From Sulfurimonas sp. (GTDB lineage: Bacteria; Campylobacterota; Campylobacteria; Campylobacterales; Sulfurimonadaceae), in assembly GCA_027071075.1 (NCBI GenBank), contig JALSUU010000181.1, positions 1 to 59,633 on the forward strand: a DNA stretch of 59,633 nt, in the 5' to 3' direction. The first letter of the stretch is position 1; every line of letters begins with the position of its first letter. The position numbers and the translations under genes are program-made. Below, one piece after another: positions 20,655 to 29,480 of the stretch. The notes beneath the pieces were generated by a model. That model saw nothing but the letters and a program-made list of their open reading frames with translations. It made no database searches and was not told where the DNA came from.

Positions 20655-21029
20655 ATGCCATTAGTTATATTTGTAGACGATAGTGAGACGGCTTTAGCAT
20701 CAACAAGAATGGTGACAAACTCAATGCCAATAGAAGTAAAACAGTATACAGAAGCACAAGTTGCTCTAGCAGAGATAAAAGCAGGTATGACTCCAGATTT
20801 AATTATTACAGATTTAAATATGCCAGTTATGAATGGCTTTGAATTTTTAAAAGGGCTTAGAGAAGTACCAGCAACAAAACGAACACCAACATTGATGCTT
20901 ACAACAGAAACAAAACCTGAACTCAAACAGCAAGGTAAGGCTTTAGGTCTTACCGGATGGATAGTAAAACCTTTTAATCCTGCACAACTCAAACAAGCGA
21001 TTACAAGAGTGCTACGCCTACCAGCATAA
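20655..21029 (+). CDS. cheY: CheY-like single-domain response regulator
   Basis: FVDDS, ITDLNMP, MLTTE, GWIVKPF. Confidence 0.88.
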   Translation: MPLVIFVDDSETALASTRMVTNSMPIEVKQYTEAQVALAEIKAGMTPDLIITDLNMPVMNGFEFLKGLREVPATKRTPTLMLTTETKPELKQQGKALGLTGWIVKPFNPAQLKQAITRVLRLPA

Positions 21030-21039
21030 GGAATTTTAG

Positions 21040-21432
21040 ATGATAATGCTTGATTCGATAGATGAACTGCTTGTTCACATAAAAGAGGTTCAACTTGATG
21101 TGATAAAACTCTCGAATGAATCTTTACTAAAGATGAGTAGCTATATGGAAAAAAATTCTCTTGAGATAGATGAAGAAATATCTACCGCTCTTCAGTATCA
21201 AGATATAATAACCCAGCAGCTTAATGCGACGATAGAAGCTATAGATAGTATGCAAAAGAGTATAGATATTTTTTCTCATGCATATAAAAATGATGAGGAA
21301 TTAGCCAATGAGAGTATTAGTAAACTTAAAGAGAAGTTGAATAGTACGCTTCAAGAGGCTAAGGATAAAAAACACAGATTCTCTGGAAAAGTTGCAGATG
21401 ATGCTGCAGATGACGAGATAGAATTTTTTTAG
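21040..21432 (+). CDS. Small CheZ-like protein (DxxxQ motif)
   Basis: Helical 130 aa; ALQYQDIITQQL (D55/Q59); acidic-aromatic tail DDEIEFF; lies between two cheY genes. Confidence 0.6.
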   Translation: MIMLDSIDELLVHIKEVQLDVIKLSNESLLKMSSYMEKNSLEIDEEISTALQYQDIITQQLNATIEAIDSMQKSIDIFSHAYKNDEELANESISKLKEKLNSTLQEAKDKKHRFSGKVADDAADDEIEFF

Positions 21433-21441
21433 GAGAATGGT

Positions 21442-21804
21442 ATGTCAACAGTAATGGTTGTAGATGATTCAAAGACGGTGAGAAACTATCATAGTGCTAT
21501 ACTCAAAACGATGGGTATGGAAATTGTAGAAGCTGAAAATGGTATGGAAGCCTTAGAAAAAAGTTTAGGGGCAACAATAGATCTCTATTTAGTTGATGTA
21601 AATATGCCTATTATGGATGGATACTCCTTTATAAAAGATTTGAGAAAGCAAGAGGCACATAAAAATGCTCCTGTCATTATGGTGACAACGCAAGCAAAAG
21701 AAGAAGATAAAATTAATGCTTATAAGGTTGGAGCGAATCTGTTTGAAACAAAACCTATTAAGCCTGATCAACTTCAAGCATATATAGATATACTAGTAAA
21801 ATAA
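21442..21804 (+). CDS. cheY: CheY-like single-domain response regulator
   Basis: VVDDS, LVDVNMP, MVTT, KP. Confidence 0.88.
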   Translation: MSTVMVVDDSKTVRNYHSAILKTMGMEIVEAENGMEALEKSLGATIDLYLVDVNMPIMDGYSFIKDLRKQEAHKNAPVIMVTTQAKEEDKINAYKVGANLFETKPIKPDQLQAYIDILVK

Positions 21805-21817
21805 ATAAGGAGATATT

Positions 21818-24568
21818 ATGGATCCATTATTAGAACAGTTTTTAAGTGAAGCGAGAGAGAATCTTGCCTTTATTGACCAAAATATCGGAGAGATTGGTGG
21901 AGATGATCCTGAGCTTTTAAACTCTGTCTTTCGTGCTGCACATACACTTAAGGGTGGAAGTGGTATTGTTGGGTTTGAAGCTGTAAAGAACATCACACAC
22001 CATGCTGAAGATTTGCTAGACATGTTGCGTGCTGGTAAAATAGAGTTTGTAGATACTATGGTAGATGTTTTATATGATGCCTTTGATGAAGTTGTAAACT
22101 TAGTTGAAGCAGCAGAAGAGACAGGTGATATAGTTGATGCAGATGAAGATACAGTAAATACAATTATTGCTAACCTGAGTGAGCAGATGGGGAAAGAGGT
22201 AGAGGGTGAAGCTTCTTGGGAACTTCCATTTACTTTAGCAGAGAGTGAATCAATCATCAACCTTCCTATGAATACTCTTCGTGGTGTATCATCTGTAAAA
22301 ATTCCTTTCGTAAATACAGAGATAAATGAAGCGTTTTGTACGACTGCAAATCTCTATGCTGTCACTTTTGATGTAGATGACTCATGTATGGTTTATGGAA
22401 ATGATCCCGTCTATACTTTAAGTCTTTTAGAAGATAAAGTAATAGGTGTGTTTTCATGTATGAGTGATGAGAATGCTAAAAGTGTTTTAAGTGGTACTGA
22501 AGATGAGGATGGACTTCTCTTAAAGTCTTCTATAGTAGCCTTTATTTATGCTACTTATGAAGAGATAGAAGACTCCCTTTTTAACTTTATAGATGAGTTA
22601 GAACTTTTACCATTAGATATAAACACGCTTCTTTCTCTGTCTGTTGGAGACAGAGGACACCAAATAGACTCACTAAAAGAGCTCTCAAGTATCGCAGATG
22701 ATTTTGATCTTACTACTATAAAAGATGAGGTTGAAAACTCTTTAGAGCTTGTAGGTGTTGATACTATTCAATACGCAAAATTACAAAGATTTTTAGATAT
22801 TGTAGGTCTTATCAAAGATGAAGATACTACAAAACTAAATCCTTTCTTTCAAACACTCTCTATAGGTGAGGCATATAGTGCAGATGCAGATGGAAGTAGT
22901 GCTAGTAGTGAAAGTGAAGTAGCTGTAAAACCTTCAAATGAAGCGGTTGCAGTTGAGCAGGAGAGTACACAGAAGAGCTCTTTTGAAGCACCAGCAGAGC
23001 TAAATGAAACAGTAGAAGCAACCTTAGAAGAGATCTTTGCACAACAGAGAAAAGCAATAGAGTATATAGAAAACGACGAAGATCTTCTTCGAGTTGTTGT
23101 TACTTTAGAAAAAGCGCGTAAATATATGCCTGATATGCCAGAATTAACGACACTTGATGATGTAAAAGCCTTTTTAAATGGAGATAAACCAAGTGAAACT
23201 GTAGTAGTTGAAGAAAAAGTAAAACCTGCAGTAGAATCGACTCCTAGTGTGGTAGAGACAAAAGCAGAAGTAGTGAAGAGTGAAGTTGTAACTTCTGTAG
23301 CACCTACGGCGAAAAAAGCAAAAGAAGCTGTAAAAAAAGCACCAAAAGAGGAGAAGCAAAAGGCTGTTGTTGGGAAGACTGTAAAAGTTGAACAGGAGTC
23401 TATTGATTCACTTATGAATGTTGTTGGGGAACTTTTAGTCGCGAAAAACTCACTGCCATATTTAGCTGATAATGTTGTAGGTATGACACATGATCAGATT
23501 AAGCGTGAGATTATGGATAAGTATATCTTTATCAATCGTTTATCAGAACAACTACAAGACTTAATCATGGGTATGCGTATGTTACCTATCTCGTATGTCT
23601 TTGATAGATACCCTAAACTTGTGCGTGATATTGCAAAAACTTTAGGGAAAAAAGTGAAACTTGAGATGGAAGGTGGTGCGACGAAACTTGATAAGAATAT
23701 GATTGAGATGCTTGCTGACCCTATGATTCATATTATGAGAAACTCACTTGATCATGGTATTGAAATGCCTGAGGTGCGTGAACAAAAGGGTAAAAACCCT
23801 ATGGGACTTGTGAAGCTCAATGCCTATGCACAGTCGGATAGAATTATTATTGAAATTGTTGATGATGGTGCTGGAATAAATGTCGAACGCGTTGCTTCAA
23901 AAGTACTCGAAAAAGGGCTTATGACTCCAGAGCAAATTGATGCACTCAGTGAAAAAGAGATGGCGGAGTTAGTACTACTTCCTGGTCTCTCAACAGCAGA
24001 ATCAATTACAGAGTTTAGTGGTCGTGGTGTTGGAATGGATGTTGTAAAAAAATCTATTGAGAGTTTTGGTGGGAGTATTGGGATTGTTACAAAAGCAAAT
24101 GAGGGAACAGTTATCACTTTAGCGATTCCTATGTCGCTTGCTGTAACATCACTCCTTCATATTGAAATGAACACTATTCACTATGGTATTCCGATGGATA
24201 GTGTGAGTGAAACTGTTAAAATAGAGCGTTCCGAGATAGAGTATCTTCATAATGAACCATTTGTATATATTCGTGGAGATGTGATACCACTTCTTTTCAT
24301 TAAGTCTATGTTAAATGAAGAAGATATGGAAGATAAACCACTCTCTATAGTAGTGCTTAACATCAAAGATAATCTTCTTGCTGTAGTAGTAAATGAGTTC
24401 TTAGGACAACTTGATGTTGTGCAAAAACCACTTGTTGGCATCATGGAGGGGCATCCGCTCTTTAGTGGAACAGCACTGCTTGGAAATGGTCAAATTATTA
24501 TGGCTATCGATCCACTGGGTCTTTTGGGAATCTCTCAAAAACTCAAAGAAGATATACAAGTAGCATAG
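21818..24568 (+). CDS. cheA: Chemotaxis histidine kinase CheA
   Basis: HPt FRAAHTLKG, dimerisation domain, HIMRNSLDHGIE, DDGAG, SGRGVGMDVV, C-terminal CheW-like P5. Confidence 0.96.
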   Translation: MDPLLEQFLSEARENLAFIDQNIGEIGGDDPELLNSVFRAAHTLKGGSGIVGFEAVKNITHHAEDLLDMLRAGKIEFVDTMVDVLYDAFDEVVNLVEAAEETGDIVDADEDTVNTIIANLSEQMGKEVEGEASWELPFTLAESESIINLPMNTLRGVSSVKIPFVNTEINEAFCTTANLYAVTFDVDDSCMVYGNDPVYTLSLLEDKVIGVFSCMSDENAKSVLSGTEDEDGLLLKSSIVAFIYATYEEIEDSLFNFIDELELLPLDINTLLSLSVGDRGHQIDSLKELSSIADDFDLTTIKDEVENSLELVGVDTIQYAKLQRFLDIVGLIKDEDTTKLNPFFQTLSIGEAYSADADGSSASSESEVAVKPSNEAVAVEQESTQKSSFEAPAELNETVEATLEEIFAQQRKAIEYIENDEDLLRVVVTLEKARKYMPDMPELTTLDDVKAFLNGDKPSETVVVEEKVKPAVESTPSVVETKAEVVKSEVVTSVAPTAKKAKEAVKKAPKEEKQKAVVGKTVKVEQESIDSLMNVVGELLVAKNSLPYLADNVVGMTHDQIKREIMDKYIFINRLSEQLQDLIMGMRMLPISYVFDRYPKLVRDIAKTLGKKVKLEMEGGATKLDKNMIEMLADPMIHIMRNSLDHGIEMPEVREQKGKNPMGLVKLNAYAQSDRIIIEIVDDGAGINVERVASKVLEKGLMTPEQIDALSEKEMAELVLLPGLSTAESITEFSGRGVGMDVVKKSIESFGGSIGIVTKANEGTVITLAIPMSLAVTSLLHIEMNTIHYGIPMDSVSETVKIERSEIEYLHNEPFVYIRGDVIPLLFIKSMLNEEDMEDKPLSIVVLNIKDNLLAVVVNEFLGQLDVVQKPLVGIMEGHPLFSGTALLGNGQIIMAIDPLGLLGISQKLKEDIQVA

Positions 24569-24576
24569 GAGCTAGT

Positions 24577-25341
24577 ATGACAGATTTAATAGTTTTTAAT
24601 GTTGCAAGTAATAGATATGCTATGAATATTGAAAATGTTCAGCGTATTGTTCAAGCTACAGAACTGACAAACATACCTAATGCACATCACTATATAGATG
24701 GAATGATGTCCTATGAGGGCAAAATTATTAAGATTTTGAATTTTCGTAAGTTAATTCATGCACAGACATATGAAGAAGAACTCAATACACTTTTTGCATC
24801 ATTAAAAGAAGCACATGGAGATTGGGTAACTGCGTTGAGAGTTTCTTTAGAAAAAGGAACACCTTTTGCAAAAACCTTAGATCCTCATGCCTGTGGACTT
24901 GGAAAATGGATAGACTCTTTTACGGCTTATGATGATCATGTGACTGAAATTTTAAGTGAACTTATAGAGTATCATAGTCGTTTACATGTAACAGGTGGAG
25001 TTGCCCTAGATATCTATAAAAAAGATGTTCAAGAAGCGCAAAAAATTTTAAATGTAGAGATAGCAGAGATATATGAGCATACTATGGATACCTTAGATAG
25101 GTTTGTAAAAGAGATGGATGTTGTTGCAAATTCTCTACAAAAACTCATCATTTATGATAATAATGGGGTGCTATTTGCTATTAAAGTAGACACCATTGAA
25201 GATATAGCACATGTAGAAGAGAGTACTTTAATAAGTGCTGATAGTGAAGATGATATGAGCGAATTTTTAGATCTCGATGGTGTTTTAGATTTAGATGGGC
25301 TACTTATAAATGTTATAAAAACAGTACGACTACCAAAGTAA
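24577..25341 (+). CDS. CheW-like protein with a nested CZB zinc-binding domain
   Basis: CheW N-half (LIVFNV..YAMNI..V, IDGMMSYEG), insert H80xxW..DPHACGLGKW..H133xxxH137, then CheW C-half (FAIKVDTIEDI). Confidence 0.82.
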   Translation: MTDLIVFNVASNRYAMNIENVQRIVQATELTNIPNAHHYIDGMMSYEGKIIKILNFRKLIHAQTYEEELNTLFASLKEAHGDWVTALRVSLEKGTPFAKTLDPHACGLGKWIDSFTAYDDHVTEILSELIEYHSRLHVTGGVALDIYKKDVQEAQKILNVEIAEIYEHTMDTLDRFVKEMDVVANSLQKLIIYDNNGVLFAIKVDTIEDIAHVEESTLISADSEDDMSEFLDLDGVLDLDGLLINVIKTVRLPK

Positions 25342-25351
25342 AGGATAAGAG

Positions 25352-25621
25352 ATGTCAATAACATACGAAAACAATGAAGCAAACTTTACCTCAGTGATAT
25401 ATGAAGATGAAGTGGTCGCATTTAGAGATTTTTTACAAGAGAAAGCGGGAGAGGAGTTATCTTTAAACTTTCAAGAGTGTGAAGATATCCATCTTGCTAT
25501 TTTGCAACTTATTATGGCTTATAAAAAAAGTTATAGTTGTTCTTATACATTTGGGGAGAAAAAGAGACTTTTTCAAATAGTTTTAGAGGGATTTTACACT
25601 AGTGAAGACCATTGTAATTAG
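25352..25621 (+). CDS. Small STAS-like protein
   Basis: 89 aa; LNFQECEDIHLAILQLIMA resembles the STAS_2 core pattern. Confidence 0.55.
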   Translation: MSITYENNEANFTSVIYEDEVVAFRDFLQEKAGEELSLNFQECEDIHLAILQLIMAYKKSYSCSYTFGEKKRLFQIVLEGFYTSEDHCN

Positions 25622-26342
25622 TAACAGAAAAGGTGGATCTGCGAAAACTACCACTGCCGTAAATATTGCAAGTGGTTTAGCAAAGTATGGTTCAGTGCTT
25701 CTTCTTGACTTAGATACACAAGGGCATGCTTCTATAGGTGTGGGTTGTGAGCCGAGTGAGACTCTTGGCGTGCACTCTATCTTTGATGGATCTACTTTGA
25801 GCGAAACTTTTATACCTACTGTTCACGATAATCTTACACTCTCTCCCGCCCTTATTCATTTTGATGTATATGAGTATGCAGATTTAAGAGGGATTTTAAA
25901 AAATCGTTTTAAGAGGGAAAAAATTGCAGACTTTTTTGACTACTGTGTGATAGATACTCCTCCCACTTTTGATGCACTTTTAAAAAATTCTTTAGAAGTA
26001 GCTGATAGTGTTCTTATACCTTTTGTTCCCCATCACTTAGGGGTAGTGGCTGTGGGACAGATGCTTCGGGCACTCTATAAAAGTGCAAAAGCGCAAGAGC
26101 GTGAGATAGTAGATATCTCTATACTTCCCGTAATGTATAATCCGCATATAAATGAGCATAAAGAGTCTGTACAAAAAGTAAAAACTTCTTTTGGCGCAGA
26201 GAAATTACTCTCACCCATAGGCATAGATATTAAATTAGCACAGCAGTTTGAATCAGGTTCTCCTATCATTTTAGATGATAGACGCTCTAAGGGTATGAAG
26301 GATTACAAAAAATGTGTGCAAGAGTTACAAGAGAGACTCTAA
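25602..26342 (+). CDS. ParA/MinD-family ATPase inside the chemosensory cluster
   Basis: SNRKGGSAKTTT, LLDLDTQGHAS, DYCVIDTPP. Confidence 0.88.
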   Translation: MKTIVISNRKGGSAKTTTAVNIASGLAKYGSVLLLDLDTQGHASIGVGCEPSETLGVHSIFDGSTLSETFIPTVHDNLTLSPALIHFDVYEYADLRGILKNRFKREKIADFFDYCVIDTPPTFDALLKNSLEVADSVLIPFVPHHLGVVAVGQMLRALYKSAKAQEREIVDISILPVMYNPHINEHKESVQKVKTSFGAEKLLSPIGIDIKLAQQFESGSPIILDDRRSKGMKDYKKCVQELQERL

Positions 26343-26343
26343 G

Positions 26344-27861
26344 ATGCAAACGATAACTCATAAACTCAAAATCTTAATTTGTGAGGCAGATGTACGCGTT
26401 TTAAGTAGGTTAGAGTCATGGGTACAAACGATAGGTGAAGAGAGTGTCATAGTTGATGATGCCATTGTAGCCTTAGAACTTTTTAAAGAGCATAATCCTG
26501 ATATTATTTTAATAGCACAAGAGTTAAAAAATATGGGTGGACTTGAGCTCCTTGAAAAGATTAAAGAGATAAATCCAAACCAAGCTACGATATTGATGTT
26601 AAGTGTTGATTATGGAGATGTCTTTAAACACGCAATAGATCTGCAAGTTGATAGATATTTAAATAAACCAGTAGAAGCACAACCCCTTTTTCAAGCCATA
26701 GAGTCTCTCTCTCAAGAAAAAATATTGTACAAAGAGTTTATAGCTCAAAAAAGAACACTTGAGGATTACAAAAATGCTATAGATCTCTCTTTTAGTGTTT
26801 CTCGTCATGATATAGAGGGAAATATTACTTATGTAAATAACCTTTTTTGTAGAACTACAAAAACAGATTATTCTGATGCAATGAGGGGTGTGATTAATCC
26901 TCTTCACAATTCCAATGAAAATATGGAATTAGTATGGGATATATTAAAGAGTGATGCTATTTACAGAGGTAGGCAGGTTTTTAAACTAGAAGATGAGAAG
27001 GAGAGGATTGTTGATGTAACTGCTGTCGCCCTTAAAAATGAGATGGGAGTTGTGAGTGAGTATCTTGTCTTTTCGGATGATGTGACAGATATTGTACATG
27101 CAGCTCGAAAAATAAAAGATCAAGAACTTGATATTCGACTTGAAAAATTGAATCATGCAAGAGAGTTAAATAGTGTAAAAGACTCTTTCTTGACTATATT
27201 TACACATGAGCTAAAAACTCCACTGAACTCTATTATTAATTTTTCAGAGTATATCTCAAAGCATTTAGCAAAAGAGGAGTTTAAGAAGAAAGAGAGCTTA
27301 CTGAATCAAGTTAATGAGATAAATATAAGTGGCTATCTTATGCTTGATATGATTACAAATCTTATGGAAGCAATAAAACTCAAAGATTCTAATATATCTT
27401 TAAAAATAGAAGAGATAGAACTCTTTAAAACAATTCAATTAATTACCCAACTAAGTGTTAATGTAAATAACATAGAAATAGAAATAAATATAAATGAAGC
27501 AGTAAATTCTAATATTTTTAGTGATGAAAATCGTTTTGGACAGATAATAGCTAATATACTCTCAAATGCTTTGAAATATGCAACATCAAAAATTAAAATA
27601 GAGATAGAGTGTAGTGAGGATACTTTTAGAGTTGAAATAATGGATGATGGAAAAGGTTTCTCAGATACAAGACAACTCTTTAATCTCTTTGAACAGTCCG
27701 ATGCAAATAGTTTAACAAGAGAAGCAACAGGAACGGGTGTAGGACTCTATATTGTTAAACAACTTTGTGATAGAATGTCTTATAATATTGAACTCTCTAA
27801 AAGTGATGTTTTAGGTGGTGCGGCAGTTATTGTGAAAGGAAAAAGGGATATACGCGAATGA
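26344..27861 (+). CDS. Cytoplasmic histidine kinase: pseudo-receiver + PAS + HisKA + HATPase
   Basis: REC-like N-terminus, PAS (DIEGNITYVNNLF), FTHELKTPLNSI, NILSNALKY, DDGKGF, GTGVGL. ATG at 26344. Confidence 0.88.
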   Translation: MQTITHKLKILICEADVRVLSRLESWVQTIGEESVIVDDAIVALELFKEHNPDIILIAQELKNMGGLELLEKIKEINPNQATILMLSVDYGDVFKHAIDLQVDRYLNKPVEAQPLFQAIESLSQEKILYKEFIAQKRTLEDYKNAIDLSFSVSRHDIEGNITYVNNLFCRTTKTDYSDAMRGVINPLHNSNENMELVWDILKSDAIYRGRQVFKLEDEKERIVDVTAVALKNEMGVVSEYLVFSDDVTDIVHAARKIKDQELDIRLEKLNHARELNSVKDSFLTIFTHELKTPLNSIINFSEYISKHLAKEEFKKKESLLNQVNEINISGYLMLDMITNLMEAIKLKDSNISLKIEEIELFKTIQLITQLSVNVNNIEIEININEAVNSNIFSDENRFGQIIANILSNALKYATSKIKIEIECSEDTFRVEIMDDGKGFSDTRQLFNLFEQSDANSLTREATGTGVGLYIVKQLCDRMSYNIELSKSDVLGGAAVIVKGKRDIRE

Positions 27862-29204
27862 ACTTACTTATTGTAGATGATAACAAAAATAATAGAATGA
27901 TTTTGAGTCTTCTTTTAGAAGATTACATGGATGAAAATGATAATGTAGAGTTTACTATAGATGAAGCAGTTGATGGACTAGAAGCTGTTCGTATGTGTGA
28001 TGAACAAGAGTATGATATCGTTTTTATGGACATAATGATGCCAAATCTTGATGGTATAGAAGCAACGAAACTTATTCGTCAAAAGCATAAAAAGATGATG
28101 GTTATTGCTGTCTCTGCTGTGGATGATTTTGAACGCCAAAAAGAGATTTTAAATAGTGGTGCTGAGGATTATGTATCTAAGCCAGTAAATGCTGATATTT
28201 TTAACACAAGAGTTGAAAACTATGTGAGTTTAGTAAATTCTCGAAAAAACCACAACACTACAGCAAAAACAAGTGAAAATGGTATCAACCTCTTTACAAA
28301 AGATATTTTTAGTAGATATACAAACTTTATCTTAACTGATGAGGATGCACTCTCAGAATTATGGGAGTATTATCTTTTAAATCCTGAAGAGAAGTGTGAT
28401 AACTTAAGTGATGTAATCCGTGCACTCTTCTCCATAGCTGAGGTACAGTTCAAGCTTAAGGTAAAAAGTAATATCTATGAAGAAGAGTCTGAGGAGCATA
28501 AATATTTTACGATTACAAACATAGATAAGGTACCTGAAAAGATTGTAATGCTTTTACTCAAAAAGAATGAAGTAAAGTGTGAGTATAAGTTAGAGGGAGA
28601 TAAACTCTCTTTTAAGCTCTCTAAAGTAGTCGAAGAGATAGTTCCTTTAGAAGTTGTACCTGAAGTAGTTACTGCTTCTACTCACGAGGAAATCACACCT
28701 GTCGTGGTAGAGCCACAGTCTCCAGTAGAGAATAGTGCTTATGAGTCACAATCTCTTCAAGTTTTTGACTATATTGACTCTTATGATATGGATGATTTAG
28801 AGGAGTATGCAAGTAGACTTAGCTCTCTTATGCTTATTGTTGGAAGTGCAGATGTTGAAGCTAATGAGGTAGTGGAAATCTATACATATATTGAGAAGAT
28901 AGGTTCTATCCTCTCTTCATACTCTGAAGTCTATCCTATATCTCAAGCTTTAAGTGCTCTTGCATCAGATATGTCAACACATACAGATGAGTTTATTAAA
29001 AACTCAGAAGCCCTTGGTCCAATGTGTGCTGCCTTTAGTAAGGATTTGAGTAACTGGATAGAGATGTCTTTTCATACAGGTGCTCCAAGTGTGGACTTTA
29101 TGAATGATACTATTGTTGTGAATTGTCAGACTATAGGCGGAATGCTTAAAATGGATGAAGTACCAGCAGATGGTGATGATTTTGATGATATTTTTGATTT
29201 TTAG
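27858..29204 (+). CDS. Response regulator with an intact receiver and an unrecognised C-terminal region
   Basis: IVDDN, VFMDIMMP, AVSA, SKP; ~320 further aa ending DDFDDIFDF. Confidence 0.82.
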   Translation: MNLLIVDDNKNNRMILSLLLEDYMDENDNVEFTIDEAVDGLEAVRMCDEQEYDIVFMDIMMPNLDGIEATKLIRQKHKKMMVIAVSAVDDFERQKEILNSGAEDYVSKPVNADIFNTRVENYVSLVNSRKNHNTTAKTSENGINLFTKDIFSRYTNFILTDEDALSELWEYYLLNPEEKCDNLSDVIRALFSIAEVQFKLKVKSNIYEEESEEHKYFTITNIDKVPEKIVMLLLKKNEVKCEYKLEGDKLSFKLSKVVEEIVPLEVVPEVVTASTHEEITPVVVEPQSPVENSAYESQSLQVFDYIDSYDMDDLEEYASRLSSLMLIVGSADVEANEVVEIYTYIEKIGSILSSYSEVYPISQALSALASDMSTHTDEFIKNSEALGPMCAAFSKDLSNWIEMSFHTGAPSVDFMNDTIVVNCQTIGGMLKMDEVPADGDDFDDIFDF

Positions 29205-29209
29205 GAGTT

Positions 29210-29478
29210 TAAGTGCATTTGCATAAATAACCCCAACTTCAGAGGCTTAAAAAGAGGGCTAATGTAAGGCGAAAGGTTGCAGGAGCTACTCGTAGCTTCA
29301 ATGCCTTTTAACGAAGCAGTAGCCCTCTTTTTAAACCTCCCTTCGGGCAACAAGTAAATAGCCCTATTGCGTCGTTAGATTTTATTGAATTAGCTACGGC
29401 TAGTCCTGCAAAAATCTGCCTAGCACTAGAGCTATTTACTTGTTGCTGAAGTTGGGGTTATTTATGCAAAGGCACTTA
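29210..29478. mobile_element. Non-autonomous miniature inverted-repeat element (MITE), ERIC-like, with probable TA target duplication
   Basis: 33-bp terminal inverted repeats including the TA (29210-29242 vs 29446-29478, 1 mismatch). Two internal long hairpins and a C-UUCG-G loop. No ORF. Confidence 0.75.
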
Positions 29479-29480
29479 TA

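Noticed and set aside
29210-29478. The element read as a CRISPR array, tRNA or simple terminator
   Set aside because: No direct repeat-spacer periodicity and no tRNA cloverleaf motifs; it is far larger than a terminator and has terminal inverted repeats.
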